A stretch of DNA of 64,000 nt from Bacilli bacterium (GTDB lineage: Bacteria > Bacillota_I > Bacilli_A > RFN20 > UBA1709): the NCBI GenBank assembly GCA_050949315.1, contig JBMNFL010000001.1:896001-960000 (forward strand). The letters are read 5' to 3'. Positions 27,056-37,418 of the stretch are shown here, in pieces; the first letter of the stretch is position 1; each line of letters starts with the position of its first letter. The notes below the pieces were generated by a model, which made no database searches, was not told the DNA's origin, and worked only from the letters and a program-made list of their open reading frames with translations. The translations under genes and the position numbers were made by a program.

Positions 27056-28077
27056 AATTTTAAAAATTCAATCGTTCCCTTACCATCCCGATAACAAATG
27101 CGGGAATAGCTACCATTGACTAGGGTAATACTGGGTGGAACGTGACCGACATCAACATCATAGAGAACGGGAACGCCCAAATCTTTTAATTGTCGAGTCA
27201 AAGCCTCTTCATATGAAAAGTCATAAAGAGCCTCTCTTTGCAAGGGGCGACCTATAACAAGACCTTTACAGTATTTAAACCAGCCGGCATTTTTAAGTTG
27301 CCATAAAGCGCGACAGGTATCAAGTACTGAAAGATCATAAGTTTCAAGGAACCAGATAATGCCTTCATCTTTGTAACGTTCAACAAAATCAGCGACTTTG
27401 TCATATTTAGTGCCAATTAGAGTTAATAAAACATCAAGACAGCCGCCGATTAAGCGCCCTTCAAGGCTAATGGAGCGTTTTTTATCTAAGCTTTTCCATT
27501 CACTTTTTTGATCCGCGTTGATGGAGTCAAGAAAATGTCCGCTTTGTTGGCGTAAATCCTCGCTTTGATAATAGTCAAAACTATGTTGTAAGCGAATCTT
27601 GCCAGTAATAAAATCATAGGTTTGCTTAACAAAGTCATCCCATTTAAGGCAACCAAATTCTGGGAAGTGTGGGCCATAAAAAGCCGGAATGTCGGCGAGT
27701 ACTGGTAGTAGAAAAGAAAGGTTGGTATTATCGGAGTAGCCTAAAAGGAATTTAGGATGAGGCGCTTTTTTGATAACTTCAAAGTCCAAGTAATCGAGAA
27801 TTTCATTCATGAGTTCGCCACCAGATACTGAAAAAATAAAATCAATGTCTTCGTCCAGCCAAGCCCGCATAAAATCATCGGCTCGTTCTTTAGGTGGTGC
27901 ACTTTCTACGCGCATTGAACGAAAGGCTAGTGGTGAAACTTGGATGTTATAGCCAAGTTGTTCAAAGTGTTTAATCGCCTGTTCTAGACGACTTTTGTAA
28001 GGCTCGTCTTGACAGCCAAAAGATGGAGCAATAAGGGCAATTTTAGATTTTGGTTTTAAAAAAGAAAGTTTACGCAT
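27052..28077 (-). CDS. S66 peptidase (LD-carboxypeptidase/MccF family)
   Basis: IAPS, GYSDNT, GGCLD, FLE, DVGHVPP. Confidence 0.9.
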   Translation of the reverse strand: MRKLSFLKPKSKIALIAPSFGCQDEPYKSRLEQAIKHFEQLGYNIQVSPLAFRSMRVESAPPKERADDFMRAWLDEDIDFIFSVSGGELMNEILDYLDFEVIKKAPHPKFLLGYSDNTNLSFLLPVLADIPAFYGPHFPEFGCLKWDDFVKQTYDFITGKIRLQHSFDYYQSEDLRQQSGHFLDSINADQKSEWKSLDKKRSISLEGRLIGGCLDVLLTLIGTKYDKVADFVERYKDEGIIWFLETYDLSVLDTCRALWQLKNAGWFKYCKGLVIGRPLQREALYDFSYEEALTRQLKDLGVPVLYDVDVGHVPPSITLVNGSYSRICYRDGKGTIEFLKF

Positions 28078-28147
28078 AATATCACCTCATTATAATCATA
28101 ACAAAAAAGGCCAAAGAAAAACACCGGAGAGCGGTGTTATTTGTTTC

Positions 28148-28223
28148 TGGTGGGAGCTAAGGGGATCGAACCCATGACCTTCTGTACGTCAAACAGATGC
28201 TCTCCCAGCTGAGCTAAACTCCC
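28148..28223 (-). tRNA. tRNA-Val(GAC)
   Basis: GGGAGTTTAGCTCAG...TCTGT-TTGACGT-ACAGA...GGTTCGATCC...CTCCCACCA. Confidence 0.95.
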
Positions 28224-28231
28224 AGAAAAAG

Positions 28232-28307
28232 TGGAGCCGGCTACCGGATTCGAACCAGCGACCCACTGATTACGATTCAGTAGCTCTACCAACTGAGCTA
28301 AGCCGGC
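28232..28307 (-). tRNA. tRNA-Thr(CGT)
   Basis: GCCGGCTTAGCTCAG...ACTGA-ATCGTAA-TCAGT...GGTTCGAATCC...GCCGGCTCCA. Confidence 0.93.
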
Positions 28308-28482
28308 CTGTAAAAGCATAGTCATTCTATCTAATTTTTTGACAAAATGCAAGTGCTTTTTAGGATTGCCAAAACCAGAAATTGAAAAAGTATAGGTATT
28401 TTTGCTAAAAACTGCTTTTTCATATTCACAATTGCCACGATTTTTGCTAAGATATAAATAGCACGAGAGCGGGGGTAAAAGA

Positions 28483-29235
28483 ATGCTTCTTAGTTGGTTT
28501 TCCGAAGCTATTGAGAGAATAAACTATCCAGATTTAATAGTTTCTTTTGTCATGATTTTAATCCTAAGTTTCTTCTGTTTTAAGAATACAAACAACAGAA
28601 AAGTTTTTGCTTTGTTGCTGGTTATTTATGTATTAATGGTCATAGTTGCCATCTTAGATTATGGTATATCTTACACGGTTTTGGAGGTCGCTTTAATCAT
28701 CGCGGCGGCCAGTTATGTTTCCTTGTCTTTCTCAGATCTTGGCCCTTTCTTCAGTCGCAAACCTAGGCGTAAAAAAGTTGAACCTCTTCCGGAGGAGACA
28801 ATAGAGCAACTTATTGAAATTATCAATGAAACTGTCATGCTCTTATCAGAAACGAAAACAGGAGCAATTATTACCTTTGAAAAAAATGAAGACCTTAGTG
28901 AATATATAAACATGGGTGACGCAGTTGATGCCCCAGTAACCTCAGAATTACTAAGAACCATCTTTTATGAAGGGACTCCACTTCATGATGGAGCGGTTAT
29001 CATAAGGGATGGTAAGATAGCGGCGGCCTCAGTTTATTATACGCCAACAACTAGACCACTAAACGGGAAGTATGGTGCTCGGCATCGAGCCGCCATCGGC
29101 TTTAGTGAAGTTCATCGTTCAATCACAGTGGTTGTCAGCGAGGAAACGGGGCGAATTTCCTTTGCTGTAGAAGGCGAATTGATTTCTGTCTCACGGGACA
29201 GTTTTAAAAGACGGCTGATTGAGTACTTAAGCTAA
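28483..29235 (+). CDS. cdaA: Diadenylate cyclase, CdaA/DacA type
   Basis: Three N-terminal TMs, LHDGA, GARHRAA, VVSEETG. Confidence 0.92.
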   Translation: MLLSWFSEAIERINYPDLIVSFVMILILSFFCFKNTNNRKVFALLLVIYVLMVIVAILDYGISYTVLEVALIIAAASYVSLSFSDLGPFFSRKPRRKKVEPLPEETIEQLIEIINETVMLLSETKTGAIITFEKNEDLSEYINMGDAVDAPVTSELLRTIFYEGTPLHDGAVIIRDGKIAAASVYYTPTTRPLNGKYGARHRAAIGFSEVHRSITVVVSEETGRISFAVEGELISVSRDSFKRRLIEYLS

Positions 29236-29258
29236 GAAGGGAGCACGCCCTTCTTTTT
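29234..29258 (+). terminator. Intrinsic terminator after cdaA
   Basis: AAGAAGGG-AGCACG-CCCTTCTT followed by T-tract. Confidence 0.7.
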
Positions 29259-29308
29259 GATATTTTGAAGATTTGCTAAGATTATGAAAAATAAAAGGAG
29301 GTAATAAA

Positions 29309-30814
29309 ATGGCAAAATACACTGAAAAAACATCACACACTTTTAATGAGTATCTTCTTATTCCAGGTTATTCTTCTGAAGAATGTATACCCGCGAATGT
29401 TTCTTTAAGAACACCTCTGGTGCGTTTTAAAAAAGGAAAAGAACCAGCATTACACTTGAATGTTCCTTTAGTCTCAGCCATTATGCAGGCGGTTTCTGAT
29501 GATCGTTTAGCCGCAGCTTTAGCTAAAGAGGGTGGCATATCTTTTATTTATGCTTCCCAGTCAATAGAGGATGAGGCTGCTATGATTAGACGTGTTAAAA
29601 AACATAAGGCTGGTTTTGTTCGCAGCGACTCAAATATCCGTCCTGACCAAAGTTTAAAGGATGTTCTCGCTTTAAAAGCTAGAACGGGTCATTCCACTAT
29701 TGCTGTTACGGATGATGGTAGTCCAGACGGTGTTTTGCTCGGTTTAATTACTGATCGTGATTATCGTTTAACTCGTACTAGTCCCGAAGCTAAAGTTTCA
29801 AGTTTTATGACGCCTTTTGAGCGCTTGATTTGTGGTCGTGAAGGCATTTCTCTAAGTGCAGCGATAGACCTTATTTGGGAGAAAAAGTTAAATACTTTAC
29901 CAATTGTTGATGAGAATAATCGTCTTTGTAATATGGTCTTCCGTAAAGATTATGAAGCTCATAAAGCTCACCCCAATGAGCTTTTAGATAGCAACAAGCG
30001 TTTTCTAGTTGGCGCGGGTATTAATACTCGGGATTATGAGGAGCGTGTTCCAGCCTTGCTTGAGGCGGGGGCTGACATACTTTGTATCGATTCTTCTGAT
30101 GGTTTTTCCTTTTGGCAGGAAAAGACAATTAAATGGATTAGAAAAAAATATGGCAATAAAGTTAAGGTTGGCGCCGGCAATATTATCGATAGAAAAGGCT
30201 TCCGTTTTCTAGCCGATTGCGGTGCTGATTTTGTCAAGGTTGGTATCGGCGGCGGCTCAATTTGTATAACTAGAGAAACTAAAGGAATTGGTCGGGGGCA
30301 AGCTACGGCATTGATAGATGTTTGTGCCGAAAGAGATCTTTATTTCCAAGAGACGGGTATTTATATTCCTGTTTGTTCAGATGGCGGCATTGTTCACGAT
30401 CATCACATTACTCTAGCATTAGCCATGGGGGCCGACTTTGTTATGCTCGGTCGTTATTTTGCCCGTTTTGATGAGTCACCATCGCGGAAGATCAGTATGG
30501 GTGGTCGTTATTATAAGGAGTATTGGGGCGAGGGTTCAGCAAGGGCGAGAAACTGGCAACGCTACGATTTAGGTGGCGATCAAAAACTCTCTTTTGAAGA
30601 GGGTGTCGATTCTTATGTTCCCTATGCTGGAAGTCTTAAATACAACGTGGGATTAACTCTTGCTAAGGTTAAATCTACGATGTGCAACTGTGGCGCTTTA
30701 AGTATTCCTGAATTACAAGAAAAAGCAGTTCTCACTCTTGTTTCCGCTACTAGTATTGTGGAGGGTGGGGCCCATGATGTTGTGTGTAAAGAAGATATTA
30801 GCAAAACAGAATAA
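29309..30814 (+). CDS. guaB: IMP dehydrogenase
   Basis: [13 protein letters not shown] catalytic motif, SDGGI, CBS pair. Confidence 0.95.
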   Translation: MAKYTEKTSHTFNEYLLIPGYSSEECIPANVSLRTPLVRFKKGKEPALHLNVPLVSAIMQAVSDDRLAAALAKEGGISFIYASQSIEDEAAMIRRVKKHKAGFVRSDSNIRPDQSLKDVLALKARTGHSTIAVTDDGSPDGVLLGLITDRDYRLTRTSPEAKVSSFMTPFERLICGREGISLSAAIDLIWEKKLNTLPIVDENNRLCNMVFRKDYEAHKAHPNELLDSNKRFLVGAGINTRDYEERVPALLEAGADILCIDSSDGFSFWQEKTIKWIRKKYGNKVKVGAGNIIDRKGFRFLADCGADFVKVGIGGGSICITRETKGIGRGQATALIDVCAERDLYFQETGIYIPVCSDGGIVHDHHITLALAMGADFVMLGRYFARFDESPSRKISMGGRYYKEYWGEGSARARNWQRYDLGGDQKLSFEEGVDSYVPYAGSLKYNVGLTLAKVKSTMCNCGALSIPELQEKAVLTLVSATSIVEGGAHDVVCKEDISKTE

Positions 30815-30826
30815 GGGGTTTAGAGA

Positions 30827-31804
30827 ATGTATAGCAAACGTCCTTTGGACTTAGTAAGAATTGTTAATGAAGAACAGGCGCAGGCTTTCCTAACTACGCA
30901 AAGCGAGATTTTAAAAAAGCAGATAGGCGAACAAAAAGTTTTACTAGCCTTATCGGGTGGTGTTGATTCGGCGGTAGTGGCGGTATGGCTTTCAAAAATT
31001 ATTAAACAAAATCTGATTTGCATTCATGTTAATAATGGCCTTCTACGGCAAGGCGAGAGCGAAGGTGTAGTAGAACTTTTTAAGGACGAATTAAAAATAA
31101 ATTTGCTGTCTGTTGATGCTAGCCAGCGTTTCTTAAAGTTATTAGAAGGAGTTTCTGATCCCGAAGAGAAACGTAAAATTATTGGGGAGACTTTTATTAA
31201 AGTTTTTCAGGAAGAAAGTAGTAAATTAAAAAACATTAACTTCTTAGCTCAAGGGACAATTTATCCCGATATTTTAGAAAGCGCGAACGTTAAGGCTCAT
31301 CACAATGTTGGCGGCTTACCAGAAGAGCTTGGTTTTCAACTGATTGAACCTTTAAAGTTTTTGTATAAAGATGAGGTTCGTCTGTTAGGCAAGGTTTTAG
31401 GCTTGCCAGACTCTTTGATTCATCGGCAACCCTTTCCTGGACCTGGTCTTGCAGTTCGCTGCTTAGGCGAGATTACACCTGAACGTTTAGAGATTGTTAG
31501 GAAATCCGATGCTATTTTGCGAGAAGAAATCGCTAACTATAAAATAGATACCAAAATTTGGCAATACTTTACAGTTGTTCCTAATTTCAAATCAACGGGT
31601 GTTGTTGATGGTCAAAGAAGTTATGCCTATCCTGTAATCATTCGAGCGGTCAATAGTGTTGATGCTATGAGTGCGGAAGTCTACGAGTTACCTTATGAAC
31701 TCCTTCATAAATTGACCGAACGGATTACTAAGGAAGTAAAAAACGTCAACCGCGTTCTTTATGACTTAACTCCTAAACCTGTAGGAACGATTGAATGGGA
31801 GTAG
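30827..31804 (+). CDS. guaA: GMP synthase, ATP-pyrophosphatase and dimerisation domains only (no glutaminase domain)
   Basis: ALSGGVDS, QGTIYPD, HHNVGGL, QPFPGPGL, TIEWE; only 325 aa. Confidence 0.9.
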   Translation: MYSKRPLDLVRIVNEEQAQAFLTTQSEILKKQIGEQKVLLALSGGVDSAVVAVWLSKIIKQNLICIHVNNGLLRQGESEGVVELFKDELKINLLSVDASQRFLKLLEGVSDPEEKRKIIGETFIKVFQEESSKLKNINFLAQGTIYPDILESANVKAHHNVGGLPEELGFQLIEPLKFLYKDEVRLLGKVLGLPDSLIHRQPFPGPGLAVRCLGEITPERLEIVRKSDAILREEIANYKIDTKIWQYFTVVPNFKSTGVVDGQRSYAYPVIIRAVNSVDAMSAEVYELPYELLHKLTERITKEVKNVNRVLYDLTPKPVGTIEWE

Positions 31805-31896
31805 TAATAACACGAGGAATATAAAAATAGAAGAATATTTCAAACTCCATTACATGTGATATAGGGATTTGGCTTAACATTCAATAAATTAAAACA

Positions 31897-31928
31897 AAAA
31901 AGGTGGTCGAAAGTTTGACCACCTTTTA
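31897..31928. terminator. Bidirectional terminator between guaA and mscS
   Basis: AAAAGGTGGTCGA...TTGACCACCTTTT. Confidence 0.75.
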
Positions 31929-31947
31929 AACTTTAACAAGCTGGAGT

Positions 31948-32985
31948 TTATTTATCGTCATCCATAATATGTTTAGACAATTCTTTTTGTTCATCAACGA
32001 AAACATTAGTTGAACCTTTTCTAACGCCTTTCGCCTCAAAGGTTTGGGGCTCATTGACAATGATTTGCGGCAGGGCGATATAGATTTTGTTTTCATCGAA
32101 GATAAGTTTTATCTCACGATTTAAATCACGGACCAGTTGGTAACGATCGTTTTCATCACAACGGGCGATTAAACGAATAAAAACACCTTTATCGGCTAAT
32201 TTGCTAACACCTTTATAGAAAGGTCCTTCAACGATAGAAGGCAGCCGATTTTTAATGCGTTCTAAATTTTCCGAAATGACTTTTTCGACCCGTTCTAAAG
32301 ACTCACCATATTCAATGGCCACATCGCAGATAGCAAGTGACAAATCACTGGTCATGTTGATCATTCTGCGAATGTCAGAGTTGTTGATTACTTGGATATC
32401 ACCACCAACATCAATAATTTTGGTGGTTCTAACCCCGATTTCTTGAACCGTGCCTCTAAAACCATCGATAACCACAACATCACCGACATCAAAGTTTTGT
32501 TCAAAGACGATGAAAAGTCCGCTGATGACATCTTCAATTAAGGGTTGGGCCCCAAGACCAATGATGAGTCCGAGAATACCAACACTAGCAATCAGCGCTG
32601 CCGTATCAACGCCCCAGAGTTTAAGAATCCAAATAATTAAAACAATAACCGCCAAATATTTAATAAGACTTTTAACAAGATCCAAAACTGATTTTCGTCT
32701 GGTTAGTCGTTTCTCTAAAAGACTGAGTAAGAAACGCAGTATTTTAGAAAGTCCCAAGATGACAATAATAAGAAGTAGTGTTGTTATAAGGGTGGGGAAG
32801 CGGTTTTTAAAGAATAGGCCAATTGAATTTAAGGCGTCTAAACTTGCCCCTAGATAAGATGTTTCGCCAAAAATTAACGGGGCCAACAAAACAAACAAAA
32901 CAAAGAGCCCACAGATGGCAAAGAAGATAGCTTTAGAGATAAAGCGTTTATCTTTGCAGCGACATGATTTTTTTTCTTTTTCCAT
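31948..32985 (-). CDS. mscS: Small-conductance mechanosensitive channel
   Basis: IGLGAQPLIEDVISG, FDVGDVV, GTVQEIGVRTT. Confidence 0.9.
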   Translation of the reverse strand: MEKEKKSCRCKDKRFISKAIFFAICGLFVLFVLLAPLIFGETSYLGASLDALNSIGLFFKNRFPTLITTLLLIIVILGLSKILRFLLSLLEKRLTRRKSVLDLVKSLIKYLAVIVLIIWILKLWGVDTAALIASVGILGLIIGLGAQPLIEDVISGLFIVFEQNFDVGDVVVIDGFRGTVQEIGVRTTKIIDVGGDIQVINNSDIRRMINMTSDLSLAICDVAIEYGESLERVEKVISENLERIKNRLPSIVEGPFYKGVSKLADKGVFIRLIARCDENDRYQLVRDLNREIKLIFDENKIYIALPQIIVNEPQTFEAKGVRKGSTNVFVDEQKELSKHIMDDDK

Positions 32986-33002
32986 TTTTCTAACCTCCAA
33001 TG

Positions 33003-36000
33003 TTAAAGTTCAATACTTTCTTCAAAAAGAACAGTTTCGCTGTCATCATTTTTGATACCAATAAAGCGGAATTGGTAAATATAAGGAGCGGGTGTAGGTG
33101 GGGCCGATAACACCTGCTCATCGGTTAAGATGTTGCCAACAATATTTTGGACAATAGGATTTTCAGGATCTCTAGAATCCACTAATAAAACCTTGTAACT
33201 AACATATTGTTCTTGATAGTCACTATGACTATCAACTTTATAATATTTATTAGGATCTTGAGGTTTTTCATAGATAGAGACTATAGTTATTTTTTCAGTG
33301 TGATGTTCGTTATAGTAAACAAGGCGACCATCTTTCTGAATTTCAAAACGATAGAGGCTATCTTCATTTAAAATATTGTAGTTAACTATAATTTGTACTA
33401 ACTCGCCAGATCCATCTAACATATAGGCGATATTGGCATAATCATCAGAAATTTCATTGGGGTCGCTAGTTACCGCTTCAATTGTTAGTTCACTTAAAGG
33501 TGTTGTCTCGCCAGCCGGGATTAAAAGCAGGGTGATGGGCGAGAAATTACTGGCTTCCGTTTCAATAGTGAAGTGTATTTCTTGATCACTCATTGAAATC
33601 TCGCTTTGTTGATAACTAAAGAGACTGATAGAATCTTCGTATAAGATTGCTTGTGAATTATCGTGTTTAATTCCAATTAATTCGAAAATATAGGAATCGG
33701 GGCTGTAGTCGTTGGGATTTAAGACTTTTTCGCCACTCCAGTTTTCACCTAGTTGAATTAAGGGTTCAGAAGAAGGACTGTGTTCTCCTGTTAGTCTAAC
33801 AGCATAACTCTTATACTGATCCTGATAATCGCTATGTTCAATTTGATAATAGACATTACTATCATCTTTCTTGGTTGAGAAACTGACATTGGTCACTTTT
33901 TCAGTATGGGAGTCAAAACTGATTAAGACTTCATCGTTCTCTGCCTTACTTAGTTGGAAAGATAAAGGTGTATTGGGCGGTAAGGGGTAGTAAAAGCTCA
34001 GCTGCAAGAGATTATCATCGACATTAGGAACAACGGTTACGTTACAATCACCATTTACGATAGTGTTAGACTCTGAACTATCAATATTCATTACAATCTC
34101 AGTAGCCGAAATTGTTAGAATTGATTTTAAAGGAACAAAGTCATAATAAGAGAGGTTGATAGTAAAACTAACACCATTATTGCCAACATTTAAATCATCA
34201 AGGCGATAACTATCAATATATATTGTTTCTTCATATAAAGGTATTTCAAAGCTATCTTCTCTACTGATGCCATAAAGCTTATAAACATATTGCCAAGCAG
34301 GGAAACTATCAAGTTGAATTACCTGCTCATCGCTGATCGAACCTTCTATGGATAAGGGATAGGTTTGGGGAGTAGCTCCGGCTTCATTGACTATGCTAGT
34401 CAAAGTAGCAGTGTAGCCTTGATAAGAATTATTATAATCACTGGTACTGATTTGATAATAGAAGTTTTCATTATCGCCGGTTTTACGGTAAAAAGTTGCC
34501 GTGGTGTCTTTTTCGGTTCTAAAACTCAATTCATAGAGTATAGTTGAACCTCTTTGTAAGATAAAGTTATATTCGCTATCTGCCTGTAAGTAATACTGGA
34601 ATTCTAGGGTAACAAGATCATCTTGAATATTAGGTGAGATACTCAGACGGTTATCCTCATTAAAAAGGGTATTATCTTCAGGACTATCAATGTTAAAGAC
34701 ACTTTCAAATCCTTCCCCAGTTAATCTTGCCACCATTGGTTCGAAATCTTGATAGGGCGGCACATCGATGATGAGATAAGCATCGCTTGAAGTGATACTT
34801 AGCATCTTGGCCCTTATTGGCATAAATAAAACTTGTTCAAGTAGTAGCAGTTCATCTTGTAGGTTGTCTCTTAGGCGCCCAAAGAGTTTAAAGTTGTATT
34901 GAGGGGCGTTAAAGGTTGTTAGACTCAAAGCTTGTTCAGTATGGACGTTAGAACTAGTAAGTGTGAAATTTTCAATGTAAGGTGTACCAGTTGTAACTTC
35001 GCTTATTTGTACGCGATAATCAAGAAATCTTTGCTGATAATCACTGGATTCAATTTGATAATAGAAGTTATCGTTATTGCTTGTTTTACGGTAGAATTCC
35101 ACAGAAGTTTCTTTTTCGCTTCTAAAATTCTTTTGATATAAAAGCTCGTTACCGCGTTTTAAGCGGAAAGTATAATTAGTGTCGGCAGTTAAACCAAAGA
35201 AACTGACATTTACAGTCAGAAGATTGTTTTCGCCAGGCGGATTTAGACTTATTGAAGCAAAGCTATTCGAAACTTGAGGCTGGTTAAGATTGTTAAGGGC
35301 AATCGTTTTTTCTTCGCTTCCTTTAAGCAAACTAAAAATAAGCGGGGCAAAGTTTTCCCTAGACAAATCTAGAGTTGTAGATAAGGAGAAATCATTATAA
35401 GTGAAATCTTGAGCAATTACCTTATCAATATTTACCGTTTCTCTTAGTAGTTCAAATTCATCGCCACTATCACGCAGAGTAGCATGGAGACTGATTTCAT
35501 ATTGCCAAGCATTATAGATAGTAAGGTCAATTTTTTGTTCATCAGTAATTGAACCGCTAACATCTAAATAATGTTCAGTTTGACTACTGGCAGTTTCTGT
35601 TAGTTTAACTTTATATCCCGCATATCTTTCTTGATAGTCGCTAAGGTCAAATTGATAATAGAAATAGTTATTATCACCACTTTTATGATAAAGGTTAACA
35701 CTTGTTGTTTTTTCAGTTCTGATATCCCGTTCTAGAATCACACGATTTTGTTTAGTTAATTTAAAGTGGTAGAGTGCATCAGGTGTTAAATTCTCACAAC
35801 TAAATTGGATTAAAATCTTATTTTCTTGAGTATTGACATGCAGGAAAACCCAAGAATTTTGGGTACTATATTCAGTTACATTAAGATTTTCAATGTCAAA
35901 GTGTTCATTTAAATTCTCACCACTTAAGTCAAGGCTTAAAGTTGCGAAAGTATCACAGGGAAGTTCAAAAGAAAGTTGCAAGTCTTGATCATTTATTTCT

Positions 36001-37280
36001 AAATAGACGAGTCGACCTTGATCAAAGGTTAATAGTTCTTCATAAAGGCTAATCTCACGTTCGTAAGTTTGACCAAAGCCATGCACATAACTAAGTCCAA
36101 TTAAGACAAAACGATATTGACTCTCGTCATAGTCAGCAAGCGTAATCTTTTGCTCGCTAAAGATATCGCCAACAAGAGGAAGTTCATAATCTTGTTCGTC
36201 AACCAAACTGACAAGTTTTACCTTGTAAGCATGGAAACGTTTACGATAATCACTCATTGAAATTTGGTAATATAGATCAGGGTCATTATCCTTATAATGG
36301 AACTCAACCTTTAATTGTTTTTCGGTATGGAAGGTTTCCTGATAGAATTTGCGTTTGTTTCTCTGAACTTGGAATTTATAGACGGAATCTTCTTGTAAAT
36401 TGTTATAGTAAAGATTTAAAAGCAAACGATTTTCGCTAGCTAAAGGGCAGACTTCTAGAGAACTGTTTTCTTGTGAGAAACTCTGTTCTTCATTGCTTTC
36501 AACTTGGAAAGTACTAAAGATATTACCGGCTTGATCAATTAAATCAAGACTTAAAGTTTTGAAATTTGAATTAGCAAGTTCAAAGGTGAAACTTAAATCT
36601 TTATCGGTAATTTCTAGATTACTGACGTGATAATTACCTGTTTGCACTTGCTCCTCATAGATGGTTGTGCCACCCAAATTCCCTTTGTCAATGACTTTAA
36701 AAGTATAAAGGTTGTTAGCTTCCAGCCCAGTATAAAAACAATAAAAATTAACGGTTTCTAAATCGGTTTCTGTACGCACATTATCTAAAAGAGTGTAAAA
36801 AGAATCACTGCTTTCAAAAGAAGTGATGGCCGTTTCTTTTTTGTGATAATCATTACCAAAAGAAATAAGCAAATTAGGATTCTCATAGTAATCCATTTCT
36901 AGATTAATTTGATATTCGTTAAGTGAGAGTTCACTAAAAACTTTTTTAATTTGAGGCGAGTTTAAAGCGGTAACAGCAGCTGTGGATACGACAACCGAAG
37001 CCACAGCAGCGTAGGAAACTAATTTACTGATGCCACTTGCTCCGGCTTCGTGAGCCTTGGCACCTCTTATGCCACCGCCTCTTCTATGGGTTTTCTTACT
37101 AAAAAGTTCGCTGTTTTCTTCATCTGTTTCTTTGCGATTTCGTTCATGTGAAGAACGATATTCTCTTTTCGAACGAAAATTATTTTCATCACTATAATTA
37201 TGTTCATGGTAAGGTCTATTTTCATAACCAAAGCGGCGATGGTCGGCTTCTTTTCGCTGGTAATTATTATTGTTTTCCAC
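33003..37280 (-). CDS. 1425-aa single-TM protein with six tandem repeats of about 200 aa
   Basis: Charged N-terminal ~80 aa, one hydrophobic helix, then a recurring (T/S)EK...YYQ...SDYQ..Y..Y.V.L motif. GTG start with RBS GGAGG. Confidence 0.8.
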   Translation of the reverse strand: MENNNNYQRKEADHRRFGYENRPYHEHNYSDENNFRSKREYRSSHERNRKETDEENSELFSKKTHRRGGGIRGAKAHEAGASGISKLVSYAAVASVVVSTAAVTALNSPQIKKVFSELSLNEYQINLEMDYYENPNLLISFGNDYHKKETAITSFESSDSFYTLLDNVRTETDLETVNFYCFYTGLEANNLYTFKVIDKGNLGGTTIYEEQVQTGNYHVSNLEITDKDLSFTFELANSNFKTLSLDLIDQAGNIFSTFQVESNEEQSFSQENSSLEVCPLASENRLLLNLYYNNLQEDSVYKFQVQRNKRKFYQETFHTEKQLKVEFHYKDNDPDLYYQISMSDYRKRFHAYKVKLVSLVDEQDYELPLVGDIFSEQKITLADYDESQYRFVLIGLSYVHGFGQTYEREISLYEELLTFDQGRLVYLEINDQDLQLSFELPCDTFATLSLDLSGENLNEHFDIENLNVTEYSTQNSWVFLHVNTQENKILIQFSCENLTPDALYHFKLTKQNRVILERDIRTEKTTSVNLYHKSGDNNYFYYQFDLSDYQERYAGYKVKLTETASSQTEHYLDVSGSITDEQKIDLTIYNAWQYEISLHATLRDSGDEFELLRETVNIDKVIAQDFTYNDFSLSTTLDLSRENFAPLIFSLLKGSEEKTIALNNLNQPQVSNSFASISLNPPGENNLLTVNVSFFGLTADTNYTFRLKRGNELLYQKNFRSEKETSVEFYRKTSNNDNFYYQIESSDYQQRFLDYRVQISEVTTGTPYIENFTLTSSNVHTEQALSLTTFNAPQYNFKLFGRLRDNLQDELLLLEQVLFMPIRAKMLSITSSDAYLIIDVPPYQDFEPMVARLTGEGFESVFNIDSPEDNTLFNEDNRLSISPNIQDDLVTLEFQYYLQADSEYNFILQRGSTILYELSFRTEKDTTATFYRKTGDNENFYYQISTSDYNNSYQGYTATLTSIVNEAGATPQTYPLSIEGSISDEQVIQLDSFPAWQYVYKLYGISREDSFEIPLYEETIYIDSYRLDDLNVGNNGVSFTINLSYYDFVPLKSILTISATEIVMNIDSSESNTIVNGDCNVTVVPNVDDNLLQLSFYYPLPPNTPLSFQLSKAENDEVLISFDSHTEKVTNVSFSTKKDDSNVYYQIEHSDYQDQYKSYAVRLTGEHSPSSEPLIQLGENWSGEKVLNPNDYSPDSYIFELIGIKHDNSQAILYEDSISLFSYQQSEISMSDQEIHFTIETEASNFSPITLLLIPAGETTPLSELTIEAVTSDPNEISDDYANIAYMLDGSGELVQIIVNYNILNEDSLYRFEIQKDGRLVYYNEHHTEKITIVSIYEKPQDPNKYYKVDSHSDYQEQYVSYKVLLVDSRDPENPIVQNIVGNILTDEQVLSAPPTPAPYIYQFRFIGIKNDDSETVLFEESIEL

Positions 37281-37372
37281 AACGCCACCTCCAATTATTG
37301 AATAGTGAAATTATTATAGCATTTAAAAAATAAACAAAGCAATTGCTTTGATACTACTTGTTAATATAAAAA

Positions 37373-37408
37373 TAAAAAAGGACCCAAGTCCTTGTAAGAC
37401 CTGGGTCA
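37373..37408 (-). terminator. Intrinsic terminator after the SPFH gene
   Basis: GACCCAGGTC...GACTTGGGTC with T-tract on the minus strand. Confidence 0.7.
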
Positions 37409-37418
37409 ATAATTAAGA

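Noticed and set aside
28137-28352. 71-aa ORF on the minus strand
   Set aside because: It is a translation across the two tRNA genes.
29259-29308. Purine riboswitch upstream of guaB
   Set aside because: The intergenic region is too short and lacks the consensus; only the cdaA terminator is present.
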